DNA of 20,000 nucleotides from an uncultured virus (IMG/VR IMGVR_UViG_3300042893_000829) (Duplodnaviria > Heunggongvirae > Uroviricota > Caudoviricetes): the IMG/VR virus record IMGVR_UViG_3300042893_000829. One strand, written 5' to 3'. Shown here piece by piece: positions 1 through 8,792 of the stretch. The notes under the pieces are model-generated. The model was not told where the DNA came from, ran no database searches, and saw only the letters and a program-made list of their open reading frames with translations. Numbering within the stretch: position 1 is the first letter of the stretch; every line of letters begins with the position of its first letter. The position numbers were made by a program, and so were the translations under genes.

Positions 1-397
1 CTGCGTTTGGAGAACCGATTGGTGCGTAATGCTCACCACCATCAACGGCTGCCGATTTGTAACCTTGGATTTTAGGTACAAAGAAGAACAATTTACCGAT
101 AGGTAAGTTCATTGCTTGTACAGAAACGATGTCGTTAGCTAACAATTTAGAGAAAACTCTTCTTACGATAGGGAAAACAACTGTTTCAAATGCTCCGTTA
201 GAACCTTCTGAAGTTGCTTCGTTAATCAAGAAAGAAGCTTGGTTTTCATATAACTGTGCTACGTTTTCTTTTAGGTGGCCTCTAAGACCTTCAAGGAACC
301 CTAATCTGTCCCATTTGTTTATAGTGTCTTCTTTGATAACTTTAAGGTGTTTTAACCCGATGTTACCTACAAGACCTGATTCTAATAATGCTCCCAT
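1..397 (-). CDS. Major capsid protein, T4 gp23-like (N-terminal 132 codons; runs off the left edge; absent from ORF track)
   Basis: Manual translation from ATG at 397: MGALLESGLVGNIGLKHLKVIKEDTINKWDRLGFLEG...AQLYENQ...VFPIVRRVFSKLLANDIVSVQAMNLPIGKLFFF. KW..LEG, ENQ and P.VRR....A.DIV.VQ.M..P.G..F are gp23-family hallmarks. Lies directly downstream of the protease and scaffold genes. Confidence 0.93.
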   Translation of the reverse strand, partial: MGALLESGLVGNIGLKHLKVIKEDTINKWDRLGFLEGLRGHLKENVAQLYENQASFLINEATSEGSNGAFETVVFPIVRRVFSKLLANDIVSVQAMNLPIGKLFFFVPKIQGYKSAAVDGGEHYAPIGSPNA

Positions 398-434
398 TTT
401 TTTTGGTTTTTTATTTTTTAGTTTATTTATTTAT

Positions 435-2213
435 TTATTTTAATTTTCCCATTAAATCTTTCATTCTTAAGAACTGAGGATTTTCATACGTTTTAGATTC
501 AATTAAATTTACTGCCGATCCTGTTGTAGGAACTTTAGAAATTGTTCTTTGTACTGATTCTGTGATTGTACCATCTCCTTTTGAAGTTACTTCAGAAAGT
601 TCTCCTTTAATGTATTTGTAAAGATTTTTAGATTCTTTTAAAGTTTCGGCGTTGTCAAATCTTCTTAGAATATTAATCTTTTCTTGTTTAGTTGTTGAGT
701 GTTCAGTAAATAAACGAGTTGCGTAAGCCAAGTTTGAATTGAAAACTGCAACCTCATTTAATTTAGTTCTGAAAAGGTCAAGAGCCTTTCTGTATTCTCC
801 GTTTTTCGCTCTTAATAAATCTAATTCTTCAGTACTTTCTTTTCTTAAATGTCTAGGTGCTGCTTTTGGTTTATCCAAACCTTCTCTACCCCATCTTTTA
901 CCGTTACCCAAAGTTCTAGAAGCCTCTTTAAATTCTCCTCTAGCTTTTGGTTTCATTCCAAAACCTTCGTAGTTAACTTCTTCTTTATATTCAAATTTCG
1001 CTTTACCCATTCCAACACCTCTGGTTCCTTGTTTCATAGTTGTTTTGAAACCACCAGATTGGTTTGGTTTTTTATCGTATCTGAATTTAGATGCGTTACC
1101 CATACCCATTCCTTTGGCTTTTGCTTTCATTTTGGCTTCATTCATCCATCCTTCTTCTAATTCATCAGTGATGGACCTACCAACTGGCATCTCATTAGAG
1201 TATAGTTCATCTTCCATATATGGGTCTTCTTCCGCATATGGGTCTTCTTCAAAATATCTATCTACATTATCTGACGTATCATAATCATCCATTTCCATAA
1301 ATTCGATTGGGTGTCTGTCACCTGAAAGTCCTTCATCATCTAATTCTAACTCATAGATTGTTTCTTCACCCATCTCTTTTTTATCGTTTTCAAGAGATTG
1401 TTGAGTTAAGTCCTCAATTTCTTTAAATTCTCCAAATGAAAAATCATCATCGTTTTCTTCACCAAATTCATCAAATGAAAATTTATTTGACGAATAATCG
1501 TCTTCATCACCAAATTCATCAAATGAAAATTTATTTGACGAATAATCGTCTTCATCACCAAATTCATCGTAATCACCAAATTTATCGTAATCACCAAATT
1601 CATCACCCATCATAGAACCTTTCATAGAACCTTTCATAGAACCTCTCATAGGTATATCGTCCATCCTAGAACCTCTCATAGAACCTCTCATAGGCATATC
1701 GTCCATCATAGAATCTCTCATAGGCATATCAGATTCTCCAAGTTGGATTAGGTATTCTGTATCATTTTCGTTGTCTGATAAATGTAACATATTGTTTTCT
1801 TTTTTTACGATTACACCATCTTCATCTCCCATTGCTTTAAATACTCTTAAAACTTCAGCATCTGATGCTTTGGTTAAATCAATTGTGTCCTCATCTGAAT
1901 CCATAGTTGGTAGGTCCATCATATCATCTTCCGTGTCATCCACGTCTAATGAAAAATCATCCTCATCATCTACATCATCTAAATTATCAGTATCGGCATC
2001 AATATCTTCCAAATCATCCATGGTAGATACATCAACGTCAACATCGTCCTCATCTTCAACCTCATCTTGTTCTAAGAGAGATTCTTTTACTAATGAACCA
2101 ATTTCTCTCCTCATAGTTGAAGAAAGTATTCCTTGTGCATTTTTGTTAAGGGATTCCTCCAAATTTTGTATTTGGAAAAGTGCGTCCTCAATAACTGAAT
2201 TGTTTTTTATCAT
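435..2213 (-). CDS. Prohead scaffold/core-like protein (positional analogue of T4 gp22), very acidic with internal repeats
   Basis: 592 aa between protease and capsid gene. D/E-rich low-complexity middle and coiled-coil-like C-terminus (LNEVAVFNSNLAY...KQEKINILRRFD). Function inferred from synteny and composition. Confidence 0.65.
   Translation of the reverse strand: MIKNNSVIEDALFQIQNLEESLNKNAQGILSSTMRREIGSLVKESLLEQDEVEDEDDVDVDVSTMDDLEDIDADTDNLDDVDDEDDFSLDVDDTEDDMMDLPTMDSDEDTIDLTKASDAEVLRVFKAMGDEDGVIVKKENNMLHLSDNENDTEYLIQLGESDMPMRDSMMDDMPMRGSMRGSRMDDIPMRGSMKGSMKGSMMGDEFGDYDKFGDYDEFGDEDDYSSNKFSFDEFGDEDDYSSNKFSFDEFGEENDDDFSFGEFKEIEDLTQQSLENDKKEMGEETIYELELDDEGLSGDRHPIEFMEMDDYDTSDNVDRYFEEDPYAEEDPYMEDELYSNEMPVGRSITDELEEGWMNEAKMKAKAKGMGMGNASKFRYDKKPNQSGGFKTTMKQGTRGVGMGKAKFEYKEEVNYEGFGMKPKARGEFKEASRTLGNGKRWGREGLDKPKAAPRHLRKESTEELDLLRAKNGEYRKALDLFRTKLNEVAVFNSNLAYATRLFTEHSTTKQEKINILRRFDNAETLKESKNLYKYIKGELSEVTSKGDGTITESVQRTISKVPTTGSAVNLIESKTYENPQFLRMKDLMGKLK
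1459..1730. repeat. In-frame nested tandem repeats in the scaffold gene
   Basis: 48-bp unit at 1459-1506 and 1507-1554 (DEFGDEDDYSSNKFSF), 18-bp units (DEFGDY/DKFGDY), 12-bp units (MKGS/MRGS) and DDMPMR-type units. Confidence 0.9.
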
Positions 2214-2238
2214 CTTTTATTTTGTGATGTTTATTCAA

Positions 2239-2245
2239 ATAAATA
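2239..2245 (-). promoter_or_regulatory. Putative phage late-promoter motif TATTTAT for scaffold-capsid operon
   Basis: Coding-strand TATTTAT 25 nt upstream of ATG 2213, just downstream of a terminator. Same motif precedes most structural genes. Confidence 0.55.
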
Positions 2246-2286
2246 CTTGATAAAATAAAAAAGTTCAGTTATTTTGATATAGATGC

Positions 2287-2322
2287 AAAAAAAAATGGAA
2301 ATGAACCTAATCATCTCCATTT
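2287..2322 (-). terminator. Intrinsic terminator after the DUF4494-like gene
   Basis: Minus-strand stem AAAUGGAGAUGA/UCAUUUCCAUUU, 6-nt loop, followed by a U tract. Confidence 0.7.
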
Positions 2323-2344
2323 ATTTTTTAAATAAAATTTGTTT

Positions 2345-2560
2345 TTATTCAATTACTTCGTCAATTTTACTTTCTGTAATTGAAGTTATTCTCCAATCCA
2401 TTGTGTAATTTTCATAAACTTTAGTAACTTTGGCTTCAACATCTGTAGGTGAATACCCTTTAACTAATTTTTCTTCTCTTGTTTTTTTTACTTTACCTGA
2501 TTCACTATCTAATAAATCAGATGCGATTTTAGCCACAAAATACTTTTCTCCTTGTTCCAT
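2345..2560 (-). CDS. Small protein resembling Bacteroidota DUF4494
   Basis: 71 aa. YFVAKI...SGKVKKTREEKLVKGYSPTDVEAKV resembles the DUF4494 N-terminal pattern (recognition from memory). Confidence 0.6.
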   Translation of the reverse strand: MEQGEKYFVAKIASDLLDSESGKVKKTREEKLVKGYSPTDVEAKVTKVYENYTMDWRITSITESKIDEVIE

Positions 2561-2578
2561 AATTATAATTTTTTTTTA

Positions 2579-2609
2579 TAAAAATAAGACTAATAATATT
2601 ATTTGTCAA
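2579..2609 (-). promoter_or_regulatory. Putative sigma-A-like promoter TTGA-N19-TATTTTTA
   Basis: TTGA at 2609-2606, TATTTTTA at 2586-2579, 18 nt before ATG 2560. Confidence 0.5.
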
Positions 2610-3336
2610 GAAATGAAGATAACTTATCCATTAAACTTTTTGTTTTATCAATAGATGTGGATTCCATTCCAGTCGCTCTTTCTATATTCATTTTTGTCTC
2701 CTCCTCAAGATTCTCATCATACTTACCTCTATCGTTCTTATCTAAGAATAAATAAGCTCCAGGAGTAGATGGTGATGATACCAAGTCAAAACAAATTAAT
2801 TCAAAATCATCTTGTACCTCATTTCTTTCCCCAACTTTTTTAAGTGATCCAACACCACGAGAAGAAATACCTAATGTAACCCCTTGACGTAAGTAGTTTG
2901 CCGCAATATCTCCCTTAGTTGAACATATCCCTCTTTCATGAAATCCAGGACTTGTAAGTAACCTTAATTTACCTAATAAAACAGGACCTTCCCACCAAAC
3001 TTCAGTTATCATATGTGATACTCTATCTAAATCTATTAAAGAAGATTCCGGGTGATTTAATTCAGAAAGAGAAGTTCCCTTCTCAATCATTTTTTTATAA
3101 TTCTCAGATTCTCTCTTTAATATTTTTTCTGGATAAACCCTACCATTTCTATTTGGCGTATCATATTTTTGTAGGACCGCATAGAATTCAAATGGTTTAG
3201 AATAATCCATAAAATTTTTGGACTCTTTTAATAAATCGTAATTTCTACCTTCTCTTGGATTAATGTATCCCGCATCATACTCAATAAGAATACCCTTACC
3301 CGTATCTCTAGGGCCTAAAATTTTATAACCGTTCAT
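2599..3336 (-). CDS. Prohead core protease, T4 gp21-like
   Basis: Motifs NRNGRVYP, ELNHP (catalytic His), GISSRGVGS (catalytic Ser), DLVSSPSTPGA. Confidence 0.93.
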   Translation of the reverse strand: MNGYKILGPRDTGKGILIEYDAGYINPREGRNYDLLKESKNFMDYSKPFEFYAVLQKYDTPNRNGRVYPEKILKRESENYKKMIEKGTSLSELNHPESSLIDLDRVSHMITEVWWEGPVLLGKLRLLTSPGFHERGICSTKGDIAANYLRQGVTLGISSRGVGSLKKVGERNEVQDDFELICFDLVSSPSTPGAYLFLDKNDRGKYDENLEEETKMNIERATGMESTSIDKTKSLMDKLSSFLDK

Positions 3337-3357
3337 AATTAGTTTTAATAATAAATA

Positions 3358-3825
3358 TTAAACTTTTTCTAATATTACCTTTACAGGTTTATAATTTCCA
3401 TTTTTTGTGAGAAAGAACTTAAAATAGTCATTTCCGGTTAGGACATCGTTATAAATTTCTTTAGTTAAATTTTTTAAGGATTTTTTTAATTTTGGTGATT
3501 TAAAATCTATTTCTTGGTTTAAAAATAAATTTATTTCTAAATTCATAAATGATTTTTTCTTTAGTTGTAGTCCGCTGGTTCTTAAGTCCATATCTACAAT
3601 AAATTTGTCGTCAAATAATGTTTTGTCTATATTTTGATAAACCGAATGTTTTATTGCCCTGTTCATGTTTAATACCACACGGGTCCAATTTTCAGATTCA
3701 ATTTTTGGTTCCGACCAAGTTTGAATATTTAAATAAAGTGATTTAAATTCTTTTGAGTCGACGGTCCCGTAATGTACTTTAGATGTTCTGAATCCATTTA
3801 TTTTTGTGGTTTTTCCTTTTTTCAT
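3358..3825 (-). CDS. Hypothetical protein (155 aa, basic)
   Basis: Intact ORF filling the gap between bS21 and protease; no recognised motif. Confidence 0.75.
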   Translation of the reverse strand: MKKGKTTKINGFRTSKVHYGTVDSKEFKSLYLNIQTWSEPKIESENWTRVVLNMNRAIKHSVYQNIDKTLFDDKFIVDMDLRTSGLQLKKKSFMNLEINLFLNQEIDFKSPKLKKSLKNLTKEIYNDVLTGNDYFKFFLTKNGNYKPVKVILEKV

Positions 3826-3859
3826 ATTTTTTTTTCATACCAATATCGTTTATTTTCAA

Positions 3860-3890
3860 TAAGTTTACGTATTTTTACGATATATATCAA
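3860..3890 (-). promoter_or_regulatory. Putative sigma-A-like promoter TTGA-N19-TAAACTTA
   Basis: TTGA at 3890-3887, TAAACTTA at 3867-3860, upstream of ATG 3825. Confidence 0.5.
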
Positions 3891-3914
3891 TATACAAGAA
3901 AATAAAACAAAAAT

Positions 3915-4100
3915 ATGCTAATAGTAAAAGTTAAAAGAGGGGATATTGAAAAAGCCCTGAAAGAATTAAAAAGTAAGGTGATAAAAACAAGACAAAATAG
4001 TCACCTAAATTATAAAAAAGAATTTACTAAAAAGTCAGTTGAAAAAAGACAAGAGTTGCAAAAAGCAATTTACAAACAGAAAATCCAAATAAAAGATTAA
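3915..4100 (+). CDS. rpsU: Ribosomal protein bS21 (phage-encoded)
   Basis: 61 aa, basic: MLIVKVKRGDIEKALKELKSKV...EFTKKSVEKR...KAIYKQ matches the bS21 pattern (IE.ALK..K.K, F.K.S..R). A-rich leader; opposite strand to neighbours; stop overlaps the convergent gene by 4 bp. Confidence 0.85.
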   Translation: MLIVKVKRGDIEKALKELKSKVIKTRQNSHLNYKKEFTKKSVEKRQELQKAIYKQKIQIKD

Positions 4101-4813
4101 AGATTCTTATTCAACTGCAATAGTTTGAAATAACTTAACTTATCAAAGGATTCTTTTTGAACTTTAACAATAGTTTCATTTATTCTTCCTAAAACTTCGT
4201 TGTTAGATTCCTCAGATTTAAGATCTTCTAATTTTTCAATTACCGTTTCTTTTAAAACATCGTACTTAATAACTAACTTATCATTACTTTCATTTAAAAT
4301 TGATGTTAATTTTTTCTTATCAGATTCCTCTAAGGTTGAGATATAATCATTAACTGTCTTATTAGCAACTTTTACCATTTTATCCATTGGGACCTTTGAT
4401 GTTTCTTCTTCGGTTACTGGTTGTTTTTTTAAGTTTTCTAATATAGTTTTTTTACTTTTAATTTTTTCCTCTAAATTTACAACACTTGAGGAGAATAAAT
4501 TATCAATATCATTATAGTTATTACCTGATTTTACATGACCTAACCATAACGATAATTCTTTAAGATTTAACTTATCAATTTTATTAATAATGTTTTCATA
4601 TATAATCGTACTTTGATTAATATATTCAGAACCTAAAGATTCGTTTAGTCCTTTATTCTTTGATAATTCATCGTAAAGGTAATAAAGTTTGCTTACGTTT
4701 TTATTGTTTAGAACAAGTTCCTTAAAAAGAAACACATCTTTTTTAAATGTGCCGTTTTCATAAGATTCGGTAAGGCACTTTTCTATTTTTGTTTTTAATA
4801 TTCCAAATTTCAT
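4097..4813 (-). CDS. Hypothetical helical protein downstream of portal (possible prohead core component)
   Basis: 238 aa intact ORF with its own TATTTATA motif (4827-4834); position matches T4 core genes between gp20 and gp21. Confidence 0.7.
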   Translation of the reverse strand: MKFGILKTKIEKCLTESYENGTFKKDVFLFKELVLNNKNVSKLYYLYDELSKNKGLNESLGSEYINQSTIIYENIINKIDKLNLKELSLWLGHVKSGNNYNDIDNLFSSSVVNLEEKIKSKKTILENLKKQPVTEEETSKVPMDKMVKVANKTVNDYISTLEESDKKKLTSILNESNDKLVIKYDVLKETVIEKLEDLKSEESNNEVLGRINETIVKVQKESFDKLSYFKLLQLNKNL

Positions 4814-4836
4814 AATCAGTTTTTATTATAAATATA

Positions 4837-6636
4837 TCAATCCTTTAATATTTTAAGTAATTCTTTTTCCATATCACCTAACGATGAGTTTGTGATATAC
4901 ATATCGTTATCAGTTTCTAATAGTAAATTTTCTAACTTGTTTCTTGATTCTGGTAAACCTTCAGGTCCTCCTGGTGGTGGTCCTCCCATTTCTGGTGGTC
5001 CTCCTGCTGGTGGGGATGGTGGTCCTCCCATTTCTGGACCTTCTCCTCCTTCTGGAGGCGCTCCCCCTGATTGGGTTGTTCCGGTAACGGTTTTATATAA
5101 TCTATCAATCGTATCAAACATTCCTGTATGGGTTATGATTGTTGCGGTATTTGCAAGTTCAGCGGCAACCGCTCTTTCCATTCTTTGTCTCTGGGTATCC
5201 AACTTAATGTCTTCATCTGAGAATCCAAATATATGTTTCTTAGCCCAAGTAGCTGAGGTCGGCGCCAATGAGTTTGGTATTTCACTTACCAAATCTTTAT
5301 AAAGTAAAACTTTTTCTTTCCACACATCAACCATTAATAGGTCAGCTTGTTTAGATGGATTGTTTAACCCTAATGTAAAGTTTTGTAATTCATCCTCAAA
5401 TCCTAATAAAAATAAATGGACAATCGCAATCTTATTTAATTCGGATAAAATATTTTTTTGTATTCTATTAATTGTTCTAGCAAAACGTATATCAAGTAAT
5501 GATAAATTTTTACCATCACCAACCGGTTCTTCAAATCCAAGATATGCTTTTGGTATTCTTAATGCACAAACAAGTTTCTTTTGAATATACTCAATATCGG
5601 CAATCTCAGAAAGATTTGTACCACCTGGTAAAGTTTCAATTGGCATTGTTTGTGTTGCATCTCTAACTGGAATAAAGTAATCCTGGTCAACCGCCATTTG
5701 ATTAAAACGTAAATCGACGTTACCCGTTTTATTGTCAACAATTTGGTCACGTTTAAATTTGTTTGCAACACGTTGTACATATGCTTCAACATCTTTATCG
5801 TCCATATTACCAACGAATACTTTAAAAACCCTTCTTTCGGGGGCTCTTGATGTACGATAAATTAACATAGCATCTTCAGACAAAACCAATTGTTTCCAGA
5901 TACGACGAGCTTTTTCTAACATTGAGGTTCCGTAAGGTAACTTTCTATCATCTCCAAGTAATCTAAAGTGGGCAACTTCAAATGTATTGAATTCCATTTG
6001 TTTTTCTTTCCACTTAAATCTTAAACCTTTTTCGTCCGGTTTAACTTCTGAATTGGGAGTTCTAGGTGACATTCCCTTTTCAAGCCTTTCAACCTCAATA
6101 TTTGGTAATTGAACACAACCAATTATTCCTTTTTCGGAATCTAATTTAAGATAAACAAAATTATCACCATATTTACAAGTGTTTCTAATCCACATCTGTA
6201 GGTTAGTGTTAATATCTAAAGTGTTGTTAAATAAATCGGCTAATATTCCTTTTATTCTTTTTGATTCGGAGTAAATTTGTAAAATATGACCATCTTCATT
6301 TGGTGTTGTTGATTCTTCCGCATATATATCTAAAGCAGTAGAAATCTCTGGAGTAAATTCCATAGATTCATAATCATAAAATGCTGCAATTCTTGTTGGT
6401 TCATAATAAATGGCTTGTGTATAAAGATTACTCTCTATTTTAGTCCATTGATTGGCCATATATAATGACTGTTGAGCTTGTAATTTTTCTTTTTCAAACT
6501 CGTTTCTATCTCTAGTTTTTAATAGTTCTTTTTTGTCAAATTTGTACGTCGGAACATCTTGACCCAATAATGAATTTGGTCCGAATGCCTTTGATAATCT
6601 TTGCCAAACTGTTAGTTGATTAAAGTTTTGTTCCAT
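4837..6636 (-). CDS. Portal protein, T4 gp20-like
   Basis: Motifs EDAMLIYRTSRAPERRVF, DYFIPVR, IETLPGG, DIEYIQKKL..AL.IP, DIRFARTINRIQ; Pro/Gly-rich C-terminal tail. Confidence 0.93.
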   Translation of the reverse strand: MEQNFNQLTVWQRLSKAFGPNSLLGQDVPTYKFDKKELLKTRDRNEFEKEKLQAQQSLYMANQWTKIESNLYTQAIYYEPTRIAAFYDYESMEFTPEISTALDIYAEESTTPNEDGHILQIYSESKRIKGILADLFNNTLDINTNLQMWIRNTCKYGDNFVYLKLDSEKGIIGCVQLPNIEVERLEKGMSPRTPNSEVKPDEKGLRFKWKEKQMEFNTFEVAHFRLLGDDRKLPYGTSMLEKARRIWKQLVLSEDAMLIYRTSRAPERRVFKVFVGNMDDKDVEAYVQRVANKFKRDQIVDNKTGNVDLRFNQMAVDQDYFIPVRDATQTMPIETLPGGTNLSEIADIEYIQKKLVCALRIPKAYLGFEEPVGDGKNLSLLDIRFARTINRIQKNILSELNKIAIVHLFLLGFEDELQNFTLGLNNPSKQADLLMVDVWKEKVLLYKDLVSEIPNSLAPTSATWAKKHIFGFSDEDIKLDTQRQRMERAVAAELANTATIITHTGMFDTIDRLYKTVTGTTQSGGAPPEGGEGPEMGGPPSPPAGGPPEMGGPPPGGPEGLPESRNKLENLLLETDNDMYITNSSLGDMEKELLKILKD

Positions 6637-6733
6637 ATTGAAAATTTAGTTTATAATTCTTAAATATAAATATTTACTATTCTTACATTTTAAAGTTAAT
6701 CAACAAACATTAAGTAAAAATTAGAATCTGCAC

Positions 6734-6931
6734 TCATATATTCGTATTTGTTGGTGTTGGTGTTGGGGGTATTTGTTTTAGGTCTACTGGATGCCCTTCA
6801 TAAGTTTCCGGTTTTTTCTTATACCCAAAAGAGTTCTCAAATTTTTTATACCCTAAAATGGGTTGTCCGGGAACCACTAAAGTGGATCCATTAATTTGTT
6901 TTCCCGATGTTCTTCTAAGTTCTAACCCCAT
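6734..6931 (-). CDS. Small hypothetical protein (65 aa)
   Basis: ORF between terminase and portal on the same strand, with TATTTATA immediately upstream (6935-6942). Confidence 0.55.
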   Translation of the reverse strand: MGLELRRTSGKQINGSTLVVPGQPILGYKKFENSFGYKKKPETYEGHPVDLKQIPPTPTPTNTNI

Positions 6932-6942
6932 TTTTATAAATA

Positions 6943-8712
6943 TTATCTACCACCAAATAACCAACCATGTTTAATATAATCTTCTTTTGAGGGTCCTGAA
7001 TTCATGTTGTATCTGTGTGAGGCCGCATTCAAATTTGGAAGTACCGGATTAAAGTAAATATCTTTACCCACACTATCGTTATTACTTATAGTCCACGATT
7101 CAAGCATAACCTTTGTTTGTTCCGTTACCTTTTCAAGTTTTGCGAAGGATGTTTCACCAACATATATTGCCATTGATATTCCCATTATAAGGTCGTCGTG
7201 TTGCCCCCTTTGGTGGTCTGGTCTACCATTAAGATATATAAAAGTATTCATTTCATTATATAAACGAATGCTTTTAATTTTAAATTTGTGTCTTACATAT
7301 TCCTCAAAAGAGGCGATAATTTGAACTCTTTTATTATTAAAACTTATACCAGGTATTTTTTCCTGCGCCTTTGCGTTATAACTCCATATATTTGTTGTGT
7401 CAAAACCATCAACATATAAATTCTTATAACCAAGTTCTTGCATTTTTCTAATCGTAGTGACACCCATACCTCCAGTAATATCCACCACTACAAACGCACT
7501 ATACATTAACCCCCATTTATATGCAATTTCCGCCAAAGCGTCAGGTGGTATTTTACCCACATATTCTAGAACCTGTTCTCTAGTGTCAAAATCAATTATC
7601 TGTATTGATGAAAAATCCTCACTATCCCCACGAGAAACGTCAACCCCCATTATATACTTATGACCCTCTTTAGGTTCTTCCCACATCCATAAAGAATTAC
7701 CCATTAACTTTGTTTTAGGTTCTTCTATAGAATTATTTTTAATATATTCTAATTGTTTGTTGTCAAATACGTTATCTCCGGAACCTAAAAATTCACAATT
7801 TAACTCCTGATTAATTTTTCTTTTATCATATTTAAGTTTTTTAACCATTTTTTCATACCAAGAAGAACAGGGTTTATAACCCTTTTTAAAATATGATGTT
7901 AGTTCGTCATAATCTCTATGATACGGATCAATATGTTCAAACGATACGTGTTTTAACGGATCTTGTTCATCTTTATGTAGTAAATAATGAACTAAATCGT
8001 CTGTTGGGACTAAATATAAATCTTTTGAGTATCTTGGGTCTCTGAACCAAAACATCTCAGAGATTTTAAAGTTATTCATTCCTTTTAAAGATTGGTCATA
8101 AATCTCGTAATAAATTGGGTCATACCCGTTAGGTGTGGAAACCACAATTACCTTACCCCCTGTTGATAGGGACGCCATACAAGCTGCCCAGAAATCGCTA
8201 TCAGCCTCAATAAATGCCGCTTCATCAAATACAAGTATCGTAGGGGTAAATCCACGTAAGGCATCCTTTGATGTCGCAACGGCCTTAACTTCACTACCAT
8301 TAGTTAGTTTATAATGTTTTTGTGAATTTTTGTCTACCGAAAACCCAGCACCAACCCAAGAAGGCCATTGGTCAACAAAGGCACGAATCTTATTAGCCAT
8401 CTCCATTGAGGTGTCCAATTTATTTGCAATTATTAGTATTTTCTCAGGTTGTGTTTTTTTTGCAAAAACTAATCGTTTAGATATCCAAGCGGCGGTTACC
8501 GTAGTTACACCGGCTTGTCTATATTTTAATGCAATATTCTCCTCAAATTCCTCATAATCATTTAATAAGGAAATTTGGTCAGGAAATAATCCCAATGGAA
8601 CGTACTTTGATACTGTGTTGTCGTATGTTTGTAAATAAGTTCTAAGAGCATATGGAGTGTCTTTCATACACTTAACATACTCTATCATTAACTGTTCTTT
8701 AGATAAACCCAT
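6943..8712 (-). CDS. terL: Terminase large subunit, T4 gp17-like
   Basis: Walker A-like KYRQAGVTT, Walker B ILVFDEAAF, motif III STPNG, RNase H-like nuclease MGVDVSRG and HDDLIM. Confidence 0.93.
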   Translation of the reverse strand: MGLSKEQLMIEYVKCMKDTPYALRTYLQTYDNTVSKYVPLGLFPDQISLLNDYEEFEENIALKYRQAGVTTVTAAWISKRLVFAKKTQPEKILIIANKLDTSMEMANKIRAFVDQWPSWVGAGFSVDKNSQKHYKLTNGSEVKAVATSKDALRGFTPTILVFDEAAFIEADSDFWAACMASLSTGGKVIVVSTPNGYDPIYYEIYDQSLKGMNNFKISEMFWFRDPRYSKDLYLVPTDDLVHYLLHKDEQDPLKHVSFEHIDPYHRDYDELTSYFKKGYKPCSSWYEKMVKKLKYDKRKINQELNCEFLGSGDNVFDNKQLEYIKNNSIEEPKTKLMGNSLWMWEEPKEGHKYIMGVDVSRGDSEDFSSIQIIDFDTREQVLEYVGKIPPDALAEIAYKWGLMYSAFVVVDITGGMGVTTIRKMQELGYKNLYVDGFDTTNIWSYNAKAQEKIPGISFNNKRVQIIASFEEYVRHKFKIKSIRLYNEMNTFIYLNGRPDHQRGQHDDLIMGISMAIYVGETSFAKLEKVTEQTKVMLESWTISNNDSVGKDIYFNPVLPNLNAASHRYNMNSGPSKEDYIKHGWLFGGR

Positions 8713-8735
8713 AAAGATATTTACATATAAATATC

Positions 8736-8769
8736 AAAACCCCCAGTTATTTTTGTAAAAGGGGGTTTT
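8736..8769 (-). terminator. Putative terminator hairpin between the 465-aa gene and terL
   Basis: AAAACCCCC (8736-8744) / GGGGGTTTT (8761-8769), 16-nt loop, directly before the TATTTATA motif at 8726-8733. Confidence 0.5.
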
Positions 8770-8792
8770 AATAAATAATAATTGTTTTATTA

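Noticed and set aside
422..440. (TAAA)n run upstream of the capsid gene resembling a T4-orientation late promoter
   Set aside because: Simple 4-bp repeat overlapping the scaffold stop codon; lacks full TATAAATA and is opposite to the motif at other genes. The capsid gene is more simply co-transcribed with the scaffold.
1459..1730. Possible CRISPR array or DGR-type repeat pair (also 10255-10436, 12395-12580)
   Set aside because: Units are in-frame, intragenic, lack unique spacers and adenine-specific variation; no cas or reverse transcriptase in the window.
129..2250. Plus-strand ORFs 129..443, 739..972, 849..1160, 1045..1284, 1771..2250
   Set aside because: Antisense shadows of the capsid and scaffold genes; Ser/Phe-rich composition typical of reverse-complemented Glu/Asp/Lys codons.
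3879..3888. Palindrome GATATATATC upstream of bS21 as a late promoter variant
   Set aside because: One mismatch from the motif but a low-complexity TA run; not distinguishable from chance.
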